Source: Arenicellales bacterium (lineage in GTDB: Bacteria; Pseudomonadota; Gammaproteobacteria; Arenicellales; CBDCFT01). Taken from it: a stretch of 64,000 bases of DNA. This document shows, piece by piece, positions 1 through 9,821 of this stretch (its first letter is position 1; each line of letters opens with the position of its first letter). Under the pieces are notes generated by a model. The model made no database searches. It saw only the letters and a list, made by a program, of their open reading frames with translations, and had not been told where the DNA came from. The stretch covers positions 39,649-103,648 of the forward strand of contig OZ244198.1 of NCBI GenBank assembly GCA_965216735.1, given 5' to 3'. The position numbers and the translations under genes were made by a program.

Positions 1-1
1 A

Positions 2-373
2 AAAGGTCAGGACCCGTTACGCATTCTGGGTAAAGGCAATCAAGTGAGGCACTACACGTATGGGGGCGATTTGGCGCGTGGTATTCGAATTGCCATAGAA
101 CACCCCGCAGCTTTAAACAATGATTTTAATCTCTCTACAGCGGATTCAACAACAGTGCTAGAACTGGCGGAGATGATTTGGAAAAAAATTAATTCCGGTA
201 AGCCTTTTCGGTATGTATCGGATGAACCATTTCTCTACGATGTTCAAAAGCGTGTCCCGAAAGTGTCGAAAGCGAGAGAAGTTCTCGGTTTTGAGGCAAC
301 CACCTCGCTAACGGACATTCTGGATGAAGTAATACCCTGGATTGTGCGGCAGGTGGAGCTAGGGAATATTTAG
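2..373 (+). CDS. NAD-dependent epimerase/dehydratase family protein, C-terminal part (5' end outside window)
   Basis: The frame is open from base 2 (KGQDPLRILGKGNQVRHYTYGGDLARG...). This resembles the C-terminal half of SDR-type sugar epimerases. A glycosyltransferase gene follows 7 nt later. Confidence 0.7.
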   Translation, partial: KGQDPLRILGKGNQVRHYTYGGDLARGIRIAIEHPAALNNDFNLSTADSTTVLELAEMIWKKINSGKPFRYVSDEPFLYDVQKRVPKVSKAREVLGFEATTSLTDILDEVIPWIVRQVELGNI

Positions 374-380
374 AAGAACG

Positions 381-1163
381 GTGACTGACTCGCTAAACAT
401 TAAGCAATCAGATCCTGGTAACTCCGTTATTCAAATTCTTGTTCCAATTTATAACGAAGGCAAAAACGTAGATGTCTTATACACAAATCTTATTAAGGAG
501 AATGTTGATTTTGACCGACTGATATTTGTCCATGATCTATATAACGATACGTCGCTACCTTATATAAGAACCATTGCCAAGCGCGATCCACGCGTGATCG
601 CAGATAAAAATAACTTTGGTACCGGGGTAATTAATGCATTACGTTGGGGTTTTTTGCGCTGTTGCCCAGGTCCTGTAATTGTTTTGATGGGCGACAACAG
701 CGATAAGCTGTCGCTTATCCCTAAGATGGTTCAACTGTGGCAGACAGGTGTGACGATCGTCGCGCCCTCTCGCTACATGCGAGGCGGCAAGCAGCACGGA
801 GGAGAGCTGTTAAAAAAAACCATGTCGCGGTTGGCGGGTGTTTCACTAAAATTTTTCGGATTCCCGATCACCGATCCGACCAATAATTTTAAACTATATG
901 ACGGCGAGTGGGTGAGGGATCAGCATATCGAAAGCACTGGTGGGTTCGAGATTGCCCTTGAACTTTGTTACAAAGCTTATATGCAGAATCGTAGCGTTCT
1001 TGAAATTCCTACTGAATGGTATGACCGTGAAAGTGGTGAAAGCCGATTTGACACGAAGAGATGGCTACCTCGATATTTAAAATGGTACACCATGGCGCTT
1101 TGCAAGACCATCGGGCGAGAGGTGGCCGGAAATTTTGTAAAGAATAGAAATTGTTCTATTTAG
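381..1163 (+). CDS. Family 2 glycosyltransferase (dolichyl-phosphate mannose synthase-like)
   Basis: N-terminal ILVPIYNEGKNV motif and a DxD-like MGDNSD are typical of GT-A/GT2 enzymes. GTG start. Confidence 0.75.
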   Translation: MTDSLNIKQSDPGNSVIQILVPIYNEGKNVDVLYTNLIKENVDFDRLIFVHDLYNDTSLPYIRTIAKRDPRVIADKNNFGTGVINALRWGFLRCCPGPVIVLMGDNSDKLSLIPKMVQLWQTGVTIVAPSRYMRGGKQHGGELLKKTMSRLAGVSLKFFGFPITDPTNNFKLYDGEWVRDQHIESTGGFEIALELCYKAYMQNRSVLEIPTEWYDRESGESRFDTKRWLPRYLKWYTMALCKTIGREVAGNFVKNRNCSI

Positions 1164-1210
1164 GTTTATATCAAGAAAAATCCACGGTGAGTGCCGCACC
1201 GAGTGTTGTT

Positions 1211-1630
1211 TTAGCGAGAAGTATTTTCTTCATTATCGCGACTGAATACGTCGTTCGGTAATAGTTGGAAGGTCAATTTGCGATAATGGTTATCGAAGGC
1301 AACTAAACAATGGAAACACTGTGTGAACCGACAGGAGTGGCAGCGGCATCGAATTAGCAACATTGTACAGTCCGCACTACTACTGCTTGCGATGGCGGCG
1401 AGACTGCCTAATTTTAATGCTGTTCCTGTTAATCGGCGTCCGGCACCGGTACCCAGTAACAAAGCCAACGCGCCTGCCGCCATCGCACCCTTACCCATGC
1501 CTTTTAACATTGCATCGCGATCCGGGCCTTCTTCCGGCACGCCAAGCTTGGTTTCCGCGACCTCCTGACCCTGACTGGCCATTTGTTTGGCGGACTGTAA
1601 AAGTTCGTCTAATAGCGATTTTGTATCCAC
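1211..1630 (-). pseudogene. DUF533/TerB-like (YebE-type) protein, only the N-terminal ~83 residues look genuine
   Basis: MDTKSLLDELLQSAKQ...GALALLLGTGAGRRLTGTALKLGSLAAIA matches the Gly/Ala-rich N-terminus of DUF533 proteins as I recall them. The rest of the ORF (SSSSADCTMLLIRCRCHSCRF...) looks like read-through. Confidence 0.5.
1323..1400 (+). pseudogene. 5' stub of a second M48 (HtpX-like) peptidase gene
   Basis: MNRQEWQRHRISNIVQSALLLLAMAA matches 18 of 26 residues with the N-terminus of the intact gene at 2144 (MNKQEWQRHRINNVTQSVSLLLALAT). The similarity then ends. Confidence 0.5.
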
Positions 1631-1730
1631 GGTATTGTCCTTTTGGTTAATGGAGTAGATGATCTATTATCTTCTATTCTTGACGTGAATTCATTGCCAA
1701 AACGACTGCAAAGAAAACTTACGGGTAGCG

Positions 1731-2114
1731 ATGACTATGATTATGTTTGAAGGCAAAAATGTGTTTGGTGAGGAGCTGGAATTGTGTTCAAACTCACCAT
1801 TGACTGGATTCACACGGAGCGGTTGTTGCGATAGTGGACCCGAGGATGTCGGATCACATACGGTCTGTGTGCAGGTCACTAACGAGTTCCTTGAATTTAG
1901 CAAGTCGCGCGGTAACGATTTATCGACACCAGTGCCGGCGTTCGGATTTCAGGGCTTGAGGTCCGGTGACCGTTGGTGTCTATGTGCGGCGCGATGGCAG
2001 GAAGCCTTAGAAGCTGACGTGGCACCAAAGGTAGTTTTGCGTGCGACCCACCAAGCGGCACTCGAAATTGTCGATATTGACAATCTTAAAAAGTATGCGA
2101 TTGACTTGTCCTAA
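1731..2114 (+). CDS. DUF2237 family protein
   Basis: LTGFTRSGCCDSGPEDVGSHTVCVQVTNEFLEFSKSRGNDLSTP...GDRWCLCAARWQEA is the conserved DUF2237 core as I remember it. Confidence 0.75.
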   Translation: MTMIMFEGKNVFGEELELCSNSPLTGFTRSGCCDSGPEDVGSHTVCVQVTNEFLEFSKSRGNDLSTPVPAFGFQGLRSGDRWCLCAARWQEALEADVAPKVVLRATHQAALEIVDIDNLKKYAIDLS

Positions 2115-2143
2115 GTATTGGAACGCTAGTTACGTAACAAACC

Positions 2144-3106
2144 ATGAACAAACAAGAATGGCAACGCCATCGCATTAACAATGTCACTCAGTCGGTGTCG
2201 TTACTGCTTGCGTTGGCGACAATACTTTGTGCGATCGGATGGGCAGTTGCGGGTTGGTCGGGCGCCCTGTTAGCGTTAATCGGTGGAATCATCATGGCGG
2301 TCATTTCACCTAAGATTTCACCGGCACTTATCTTGCGTATGTATCGTACTAAACAATTGACTCATGCCCAAGCACCAGCGCTAATGGATACCGTGACAGA
2401 ATTGTCGAAACGTGCACAGCTAGAGCAAACACCCAAGTTGTACTACGTGCCCAGCCCCGTGTTAAACGCGTTCGCCGTGGGGCATTCGGACAAGGGCGCG
2501 ATCGCGTTAACCGATGGCATTATCCGCAGACTCAATTTACGTGAATTGACCGGTGTATTGGCGCATGAACTTAGTCATATTCGCAACAAAGACACTTGGG
2601 TCATGGGGATGGCGGATTTGTTTAGCCGAATGACTCACACTATGTCCATGGCGGGTCAGTTTCTTTTATTAGTCAGTCTGCCGATGATGTTGTTCGGTGG
2701 AGAAAAAGTAATCGGGTGGCTGGCAATTTTAGTGTTAATTTTCGCACCGGCCGCGAGTAGTTTGATACAACTCGCGTTGTCGCGTACCCGCGAGTACGAT
2801 GCTGACCTGGGCGCGGTCGAGTTGACTCGCGATCCGCATGGCTTAGCGCAAGCGTTGCAAAAAATGCAACAGTATCAAGGCAGAAGATTTGAGCAAATAC
2901 TATTGCCGGGTCGAAAGCTACCCGATCCTTCTTTGTTACGCACCCATCCACCGACTGACGAGCGTATCGAACGGTTGATGGCGTTGAGTGAAACTGGAGA
3001 GTCTACACGAGTCAGCCGAATACCGGATTTTGAACGCTTCAACACCTTACCACCTATACAGCGAGTACCACGTTGGCGTTGGCATATGATGGGGCTTTGG
3101 TACTAG
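2144..3106 (+). CDS. M48 family zinc metalloprotease (HtpX-like)
   Basis: HEXXH motif (HELSHIRNKD), N-terminal and central TM helices, C-terminal THPPTDERI motif. Confidence 0.85.
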   Translation: MNKQEWQRHRINNVTQSVSLLLALATILCAIGWAVAGWSGALLALIGGIIMAVISPKISPALILRMYRTKQLTHAQAPALMDTVTELSKRAQLEQTPKLYYVPSPVLNAFAVGHSDKGAIALTDGIIRRLNLRELTGVLAHELSHIRNKDTWVMGMADLFSRMTHTMSMAGQFLLLVSLPMMLFGGEKVIGWLAILVLIFAPAASSLIQLALSRTREYDADLGAVELTRDPHGLAQALQKMQQYQGRRFEQILLPGRKLPDPSLLRTHPPTDERIERLMALSETGESTRVSRIPDFERFNTLPPIQRVPRWRWHMMGLWY

Positions 3107-3196
3107 ATTCAGGATTACAAAATCCATGAGAGTTCGTTTAATCGGACGCTTTTTCGTTTGCAATCTGTTATTCGCACTAACCGGTTTGAATTAACT

Positions 3197-3601
3197 TTAC
3201 AAGCGATCCCGTAAACCCTGCAGGACAATATCTTTGTAACTAACTACACCAATCACTTTCTCGTTTTGAATCACCGGTGCACGGGTGAGCCCGAAGTTTT
3301 CAAATAGTCTTGCACAATAACGAATGTCCATATCAGGGTACACTGAAATCACAGGTTTACTCATCACCTCATAAACATTGACCCTGTCCGCTGCTTTGTT
3401 GGCGGCTAAAACCTTTTTTGCAATATCTGCTAACAACAGTATTCCGAATTCGTCGTTTTCATGACGCCGGTTAACGATCCAACATTCTGTGTCGATGTGT
3501 TTAGCGTCCCGCAGCGCATCCGCAATGGTTGCGATACCGTCGACCATATCGAATTCGGTTTCCATGACGTCTTTTACCCGTACGATACCATCTTGTGTCA
3601 T
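3197..3601 (-). CDS. CBS domain-containing protein
   Basis: About 130 aa with a tandem CBS pattern (VKDVM...IV...; VYEVMSKPVISV...VIGVVSYKDI). The start overlaps the upstream stop (ATGA). Confidence 0.8.
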   Translation of the reverse strand: MTQDGIVRVKDVMETEFDMVDGIATIADALRDAKHIDTECWIVNRRHENDEFGILLLADIAKKVLAANKAADRVNVYEVMSKPVISVYPDMDIRYCARLFENFGLTRAPVIQNEKVIGVVSYKDIVLQGLRDRL

Positions 3602-3948
3602 AGCTCTTCCTCCACAGCTTGTTGAAGTTTTTCTACTTGATGGGCAACACCAACGGCGTCCTCCACATCGACCTGAAACGCGATACCCGCTCCGGCTTTC
3701 GAATCGAACTCGCCGACGCGAGCAATGTATTCCAATATTTCCCGGCTCATGTGTTCTTCGACGAGAAATAAAATAACATCGCGTTGGGTTTCCAGATTCA
3801 ACCCCAAAAAGGTCTTAGGTGCCTCCAGCCCCTCGCCACGCGCCCGGCTGATAATTGTGGCACCGGTCGCGCCACGTTCACGCGCGGCGTCCATTACCGC
3901 TGCGGTTTTGTCGTCCTGTACAAATGCGCATATAAGTTTGAAATGCAT
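3598..3948 (-). CDS. P-II-like (GlnB-fold) signalling protein
   Basis: MHFKLICAFVQDDKTAAVMDAARERGATGATIISRARGEG... has a PII-like beta-alpha-beta pattern. I moved the start to the internal ATG at 3948, one nt after the upstream stop. Confidence 0.65.
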   Translation of the reverse strand: MHFKLICAFVQDDKTAAVMDAARERGATGATIISRARGEGLEAPKTFLGLNLETQRDVILFLVEEHMSREILEYIARVGEFDSKAGAGIAFQVDVEDAVGVAHQVEKLQQAVEEEL

Positions 3949-3949
3949 T

Positions 3950-4738
3950 TTAGTTCTCCACTTTGGATCGTTGGTTTCGTTTGGCCCACCACTCAGAAAT
4001 TTGCGCATAGGCCATTACCGTAATCATCGGAAATAAACTGGCAAAAGCGATCAGACCGAAACCGTCAATGACCGGATTGCGCCCGGGCACGGTGCTGGCC
4101 AGACCCAGACCCAGAGCCGCTACCAGAGGAACGGTGACGGTGGATGTGGTGACACCGCCGGAGTCGTAGGCCAGCGCGATGATCATGCGCGGCGCAAACA
4201 CCGTTTGAATGACAACGACGATGTAGCCGGCAATGATATACAAATACAAGGGTGTACCCGTCACAATGCGATATGCGCCGAGCGCGATGCCGATGGCGAC
4301 TCCCAGCGCGACCGCGATGCGCAGCCCCCATACACCGATGGCACCTCCGGATACCTGATTTGCCTTTATGGCAACAGCTAACAGCGCGGGTTCCGCAACG
4401 GTGGTTGCAAAGCCAATGGCAAAGGCGAATAAGTAAACCCATTTGTATTGACGCCAGTCGAGTGCTGTCACGTCCGAAACCGTATTCTTGATGCTGCTGA
4501 TAAACGCCGGATCGGTCAATTGTTGCGCCATCAATTTTCCCAGTGGAAATAATGCGAGTTCCAGTCCTTCAAGGAAGAAAGATAAACCCAATAAAACCAA
4601 CACGAATCCGGACAGTACACGGTTGAGATTTGGGATGGGGCGGCGCAATACGAATAGTTGAAACCCAACGATAATCCCCGCGATGGGCAAAACATCCTTA
4701 ATCGTAGATAGCATTGTTTGTATCAACTCGACAAACAT
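3950..4738 (-). CDS. DUF1538 family membrane protein (second copy)
   Basis: Polytopic. It is a paralogue of the upstream ORF and shares motifs (LEGLELALFPLG / [12 protein letters not shown]; [20 protein letters not shown]). Start set at MFVELIQ (ATG 4738). Confidence 0.8.
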   Translation of the reverse strand: MFVELIQTMLSTIKDVLPIAGIIVGFQLFVLRRPIPNLNRVLSGFVLVLLGLSFFLEGLELALFPLGKLMAQQLTDPAFISSIKNTVSDVTALDWRQYKWVYLFAFAIGFATTVAEPALLAVAIKANQVSGGAIGVWGLRIAVALGVAIGIALGAYRIVTGTPLYLYIIAGYIVVVIQTVFAPRMIIALAYDSGGVTTSTVTVPLVAALGLGLASTVPGRNPVIDGFGLIAFASLFPMITVMAYAQISEWWAKRNQRSKVEN

Positions 4739-4742
4739 CTTG

Positions 4743-5474
4743 CTACACCAGCATGCCGTAGGCCATAACAAAAATCATAGGAGTCAGCGAAGCGAACGCG
4801 ATCAGGCCAAAGCCATCAGTCATCGGGTTGCGCCCTTTGATACTGGAGGCGAGACCAACGCCCAGAGCAGTCACTAGAGGTACTGTGATAGTCGATGTGG
4901 TGACACCACCGGAGTCATACGCAATTCCGATAATTTCATCCGGCGCAAAGACGGTCATTACGATAACGCCGATGTAGCCGGCGATAATCAGGTATTGCAC
5001 GGGCCAGCCCCGAACAATGCGCAATACCCCTATGACAATCGCGAAGCCGACCGACAAGGCGACGGTAAAACGCAGTCCCAATGCGTATTTGGCCTGTGCT
5101 TCATCTGAATTAGCGATGACACGCGCCTCGGCGGCTACAGCGGCTGCCTCGCCCGCTACTGCAATTAAAGCGGGTTCGGCGACAGTGGTACCAAAGCCGA
5201 GAGCGAAGGCGAATAACAACAACCACAGTAAACTGCCCTTGCGCGCGAACGAATAAGCCATGGCTTCGCCAATCGGAAACAATCCCATTTCGAGTCCCTG
5301 AATAAACAATGTCAATCCGATGACGACGAACAGTGTCCCAATAATAATTTCGGTAAAGTTTGGGATGGGTTGTTGCAGGACGAATGTCTGAAAAAAGCCA
5401 ATCACCAAAATGATTGGCAGCAGGTCACGAAAACTATCCAATAGAATCTTTAAAAATGCTCGAAGCTGCCTCAC
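4743..5474 (-). CDS. DUF1538 family membrane protein (first copy)
   Basis: Polytopic membrane protein with the same conserved motifs as its downstream paralogue. Confidence 0.8.
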   Translation of the reverse strand: MRQLRAFLKILLDSFRDLLPIILVIGFFQTFVLQQPIPNFTEIIIGTLFVVIGLTLFIQGLEMGLFPIGEAMAYSFARKGSLLWLLLFAFALGFGTTVAEPALIAVAGEAAAVAAEARVIANSDEAQAKYALGLRFTVALSVGFAIVIGVLRIVRGWPVQYLIIAGYIGVIVMTVFAPDEIIGIAYDSGGVTTSTITVPLVTALGVGLASSIKGRNPMTDGFGLIAFASLTPMIFVMAYGMLV

Positions 5475-5581
5475 CGGTTCTTATTAAGTTATTTCTTGAT
5501 TCTCGATGTCTACAAACTAGATTGGTCAGCCGAGGATTTTATTGACCGGGGACAATAAATGGAAACGAAAAACAGCCAGTT

Positions 5582-6205
5582 TTATTTTTCGCTAATGCGA
5601 TAAGTGCAACGCCTAGCCTCTTCCAGCAAGTATTCTTCCCGGTTAATTCGATAGCCTGATCCCAAAGATTTTTGTAGCAATTGGAGTTCCGAACGGCAAA
5701 ATCCTTGACATTCTTTTGCTGCCGCGCAAATGGGGCAATGATTTTCCATCAATAGAAAGTTCTTATTGTCAATTTCCTTAATCTCAGCCATATATCCCTC
5801 CGCGGAGCGTAGATTCGCCAACGCCTTAACTTTTTCTCTCAAGTTATGGTGGGTTTTTAGTTCGCTTTTATAGTGTTTTAGGGTTTCTGCTTCACGCTTC
5901 GCTATCAATTTGTCCAAGCCCTTTTCGCCGAAGGTTTTTCTTACCGAACGAATTAAATCCAAAGTCAATTGTGCGTGACTGTCCGGAAAACGATTATGTC
6001 CAGTAGGAGAGAGAACCCAATAGCGTTTCGGGCGGCCGACGGATTCTGCAATATCTTCGTATTCAATAAAACCATCGTCGAGTAGTTTAGCTAGATGTTG
6101 TCTTACGCCCGCGGATGTGATCCTAAGGTAACGCGCTAACTCGTCGGCCGTTTGTTTCCCATGGGTTTTTAACCGAAACAGAATTCGTTCTTCACTTTTC
6201 TTCAT
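5582..6205 (-). CDS. Winged-helix transcriptional regulator with C-terminal Cys cluster
   Basis: N-terminal wHTH (TADELARYLRITSAGVRQHLAKLLDDGFI). C-terminal HCPICAAAKECQGFC is a four-Cys motif. Confidence 0.7.
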   Translation of the reverse strand: MKKSEERILFRLKTHGKQTADELARYLRITSAGVRQHLAKLLDDGFIEYEDIAESVGRPKRYWVLSPTGHNRFPDSHAQLTLDLIRSVRKTFGEKGLDKLIAKREAETLKHYKSELKTHHNLREKVKALANLRSAEGYMAEIKEIDNKNFLLMENHCPICAAAKECQGFCRSELQLLQKSLGSGYRINREEYLLEEARRCTYRISEK

Positions 6206-6319
6206 GGTCTTATGACTCTAGCACTGATTTCGAGTTACAACAATAAAGAAAGTAATTACTTGACAAATAATTGTTAGTAATATAGAAAGTAAATACTTAT
6301 TAAACTAAGGAGAAACAAG

Positions 6320-6748
6320 ATGATACGCTTGGAGCACGTCAACATAACCGTCCCCAACATCGACCACGCCATCGATTTTTTGATCCATCTTGAACCTGAA
6401 TTCCGGGTGCGGCATCGAGGCTTATCCCAAGAAACCGGTCGTAACTGGGCTCACTTGGGTACGGATGAAACTTATGTCGCTATCGAGGAACCCCACCTGG
6501 AAACAACACCTGGCACGCAAAGAACTCCATATGTTGATTTTGGTATCAATCACATCGGTTGGGTAGTGAGCGACGTGGAGTCCATTGCAACACGGCTCAG
6601 CAATGCGGGGTATCGCCGTGTTGATTCGAATCAACTGCATCATCCTTATCGCAAAAGGATTTATTTTTATGACAAGGCCGGTTTTGAATGGGAATTGATT
6701 GAGTACTTCACCGAGGATCCAAACAAACGCAACGAATATGAGGTTTAG
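6320..6748 (+). CDS. VOC/glyoxalase-family protein
   Basis: MIRLEHVNITVPNIDHAIDFL... and the later INHIGWVV motif are typical of vicinal-oxygen-chelate folds. Good SD (aaggag) upstream. Confidence 0.7.
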   Translation: MIRLEHVNITVPNIDHAIDFLIHLEPEFRVRHRGLSQETGRNWAHLGTDETYVAIEEPHLETTPGTQRTPYVDFGINHIGWVVSDVESIATRLSNAGYRRVDSNQLHHPYRKRIYFYDKAGFEWELIEYFTEDPNKRNEYEV

Positions 6749-6783
6749 CATATAAATCATCTTCGTTCCCGGAAGTCTCATTC

Positions 6784-7698
6784 GTGCAAAAAATCATTCC
6801 TGTCATTTTTGTCTCAGCACTTGGAATAAGTTGGGGAGTTTATTTTTCCATTGTCAAGATCGCTGCGGAATCCGGGCTTTCCTATACAGGCATTGCGGCA
6901 GTCACCACTATCGGTGTGATGTTGGGCATGATTGTTATCGCGTTGATAAGACAGCGATGGCCGTCTTGGAATAAGAATTCCGTTCTGTTCTATACCACTT
7001 GTGCCATTTGTGGCTATATCGTTCCTTTTCTGATTGAGCTTGTTTGTGCCGCACAACTACATGCCGGCGAATTAACACTTATCGTTACGACATCGCCGAT
7101 TTTCACACTGATTATTGCTTGGCTGGTCAAATCCGATCATCTATCGTGGCGTCGTGGTTTGGGCATTATTACGGGATCGTTGGCCGTTTTATTAGTATTG
7201 TCCGATGAAGCTTCCGGGGTCGTGATCAACCGGTGGGCGGCACTCGCATTGGTTGTGCCGGTTTCGTATGCCTGTTATCACAACTATGTCGCTAAGTTCT
7301 GGCCAGCGGGGTTGGATTCATTTCAAGTGGGTTGTGGCGAGATCATCGCAGCATCGTTATTGCTCATGCCTTTGTATCTTTTCTTTGGAGACTTGGGTGA
7401 CGTTAAAAGTAACTGGCACGCGGGGCATTGGGCGATTGTTTTGATGATCGGGATGGCCATCGTCGATGTCTATCTCTATTTTGAGGTGATTCGTCGTGCC
7501 GGGCCTATTTTTGCATCTCAAGCAAACTATATTACCGTCGTTGCCGGGGTAGTCGGTGGTATGATCGTTTTCTCGGAGAAACCTTCTTCCAACATCTGGA
7601 TCAGTGTGTTGCTTTTATTACTCACCCTTCATTTGCTTTCGAAATCGAAAACCGGTCGCGCTAGCGAGAACGCGTCACAGCGATCATTGGTGAATTAA
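6784..7698 (+). CDS. DMT superfamily (EamA-like) transporter
   Basis: About 10 TM helices with a duplicated EamA-like architecture. Confidence 0.75.
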   Translation: MQKIIPVIFVSALGISWGVYFSIVKIAAESGLSYTGIAAVTTIGVMLGMIVIALIRQRWPSWNKNSVLFYTTCAICGYIVPFLIELVCAAQLHAGELTLIVTTSPIFTLIIAWLVKSDHLSWRRGLGIITGSLAVLLVLSDEASGVVINRWAALALVVPVSYACYHNYVAKFWPAGLDSFQVGCGEIIAASLLLMPLYLFFGDLGDVKSNWHAGHWAIVLMIGMAIVDVYLYFEVIRRAGPIFASQANYITVVAGVVGGMIVFSEKPSSNIWISVLLLLLTLHLLSKSKTGRASENASQRSLVN

Positions 7699-8771
7699 TC
7701 CGTTTTGTTTTTCAGAACATTCTGTGCTTCCGTTGACAGGTCGCGTGTTAACTGGTCCGCGGGTATCTCGTGTGCCAGCGACACGGCTTGACCCGCCCAG
7801 AGCGGGGTAAAGTCGTCAATTGATTGAGCTTCCGCTTTGGTTCGTAGCGGGGTCAAATCGACGGAGGCGAGCGGGAATGCGGGCGCATTATTGTTTATCG
7901 GACCTAGTTCTTTCATCAGGCGGTTAACAATTCCACGCGCCGGCCGGCCGGAGAAAAGATTGGTCAAAGCCGTATTGTCATCTCGTGCATGCTTCAGTGC
8001 CGCTCGATGCAGGTCAGACGTTTTCGCCTCCGGGCAGAGCAAGTATGCGGAACCAATTTGTACGCCCATGGCACCGAGAGCGAATGCTGCTGCGATTCCC
8101 CGGCCATCGGCAATACCGCCCGCTGCGACAACAGGAACACTAACAGCACTGGCGATCTGGGGTACTAACGCCATCGTGCCGGATTGCGACGTCAAATCAT
8201 CGGATAAGAACATGCCGCGATGTCCACCGGCCTCCATGCCTTGGGCGATGATTGCATCGACGCCGATATTCTCCAGCCAACGCGCTTCGGCGACGGTGGT
8301 AGCCGAACTCAAGACCTTGCAACCGGTGTTTTTCACACGTTGGAATAATTCCGTTGCGGGTAGTCCGAAGTGAAAGCTAACAACAGGCGGTTTTATGTAT
8401 TCGACTAATTCACAAGCAATTTTATCGAACGGTCGTCGGATCGCTTTGGTTTCATCCGCACTGAATTCAAGTCCAAACTCTTGATAGTAGGGGGCAAGGC
8501 AGGCGCGCCATCGTTCGATTTCTTGTGGATTGATCTTAGGTTCTTTATGGCAAAAGAAATTAATATTGAAAGGTTTATCCGTCGCAGAACGGAATTGCGC
8601 CGTCTCTAATTCAATTTTATCGGCCGACAGCATGGCACAAGGTAATGAACCCAATCCGCCGGCTTGCGACACAGCAATAGCGAGTTTAGCGTCATTGGAT
8701 CCCGCCATTGGTGCTTGAATGATCGGCAGTTCTATAGCTAACAGATCGAGTAATTCGTGGTTAGGCCACAT
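7695..8771 (-). CDS. Nitronate monooxygenase (NMO, 2-nitropropane dioxygenase family)
   Basis: LPIIQAPMAGS..., GGLGSL, AQGMEAGGHRG and VVAAGGIADGRG motifs of FMN-dependent NMO enzymes. Confidence 0.85.
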   Translation of the reverse strand: MWPNHELLDLLAIELPIIQAPMAGSNDAKLAIAVSQAGGLGSLPCAMLSADKIELETAQFRSATDKPFNINFFCHKEPKINPQEIERWRACLAPYYQEFGLEFSADETKAIRRPFDKIACELVEYIKPPVVSFHFGLPATELFQRVKNTGCKVLSSATTVAEARWLENIGVDAIIAQGMEAGGHRGMFLSDDLTSQSGTMALVPQIASAVSVPVVAAGGIADGRGIAAAFALGAMGVQIGSAYLLCPEAKTSDLHRAALKHARDDNTALTNLFSGRPARGIVNRLMKELGPINNNAPAFPLASVDLTPLRTKAEAQSIDDFTPLWAGQAVSLAHEIPADQLTRDLSTEAQNVLKNKTD

Positions 8772-8900
8772 CAGGTATTTCCAAGTTCTAAAAAGTTATC
8801 GATTACAATGATGCTATATCGGCGGTGAACAAACAAATTTTTGGCGTCCACACATAGAAGACATGCGTTTAAACCTAATCCAAAATTAGCAAGGAAATAT

Positions 8901-9821
8901 ATGACGACGATGCAACAATCCCGGCTTTGGCCATACATTTTAGTATTGTTTGCTGGCGTAGTCTGGGGCGTCACTTTTTCGCTTGCACGTATCGCCACCA
9001 GTGCTGGTGCACATCCGCTGGGTTTGACCTTTTGGCAGGGAGCCGGCGGCGCCATTGTATTATTGGTTATTTGCGCAGTCAGAGGCTGTTGGCCACAGCT
9101 CACCATGCAATATCTCAAGTTTTATGTGTTGCTGGGGCTCATCGGAACCGCAATTCCAGGCGTATTGTTTTTCTATGCAGCACCCCATGTACCCGTTGGT
9201 GTGTTAGCCATCACTGTCGCCACAGTGCCTTTTATCACCTATGCAGGCTCGATGTTAATGAGTATCGATAGTTATTCTGCCAAACGCACTATCGGAATTG
9301 CAGCAGGAATGCTAGCTATCGTTGTCCTCGTCGCGCCAGAAACCAGTTTGCCGGAAAGGTCTATGGTGATATGGATAATAGCCGTCTTGACATCGTCGGT
9401 GTTTTATTCGATCGAAAGTATCTACGTCGATATTTATGTACCTAAAGATACGGACGCGTTCGCGTTACTGGCCGGCATGTTAATAGTTGCCGCGACGTTG
9501 ATCTTGCCAATCGTGCTGGTGTCGGATGCATTCGTGGCGTTGAGTTGGCCATGGGGTGATGTGGAGTGGGCAGTGGTCGTAATGGCCATTGTTAGTAGCT
9601 TGGCATATGCGACGTTTTTGTATGTCATTCAGATCGCGGGCTCTGTATTCGCTACTCAAACAGGTTACGTAGTCACCCTTTCAGGTGTGTTTTGGGGTAT
9701 TGTCATATTTAATGAACAGCACTCTGCTTGGGTATGGTTGGCCCTGCTCCTGGTATTGTTCGGTTTGACGCTAGTATCTCCGCGCGAGAAGGCGCCGATA
9801 TTGATAGAGACGGTCGATTAG
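8901..9821 (+). CDS. DMT superfamily (EamA-like) transporter
   Basis: Polytopic EamA-like protein. Start set at ATG 8901, which is preceded by aagga. Confidence 0.75.
   Translation: MTTMQQSRLWPYILVLFAGVVWGVTFSLARIATSAGAHPLGLTFWQGAGGAIVLLVICAVRGCWPQLTMQYLKFYVLLGLIGTAIPGVLFFYAAPHVPVGVLAITVATVPFITYAGSMLMSIDSYSAKRTIGIAAGMLAIVVLVAPETSLPERSMVIWIIAVLTSSVFYSIESIYVDIYVPKDTDAFALLAGMLIVAATLILPIVLVSDAFVALSWPWGDVEWAVVVMAIVSSLAYATFLYVIQIAGSVFATQTGYVVTLSGVFWGIVIFNEQHSAWVWLALLLVLFGLTLVSPREKAPILIETVD

Noticed and set aside
4065-4442. 125-aa ORF (and similar short ORFs such as 1363-1650, 8927-9271, 12191-12475, 20278-20631) inside or opposite well-supported genes
   Set aside because: These are shadow ORFs that overlap confidently assigned genes. 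Their translations are compositionally biased (Arg/His/Cys-rich) and lack motifs.
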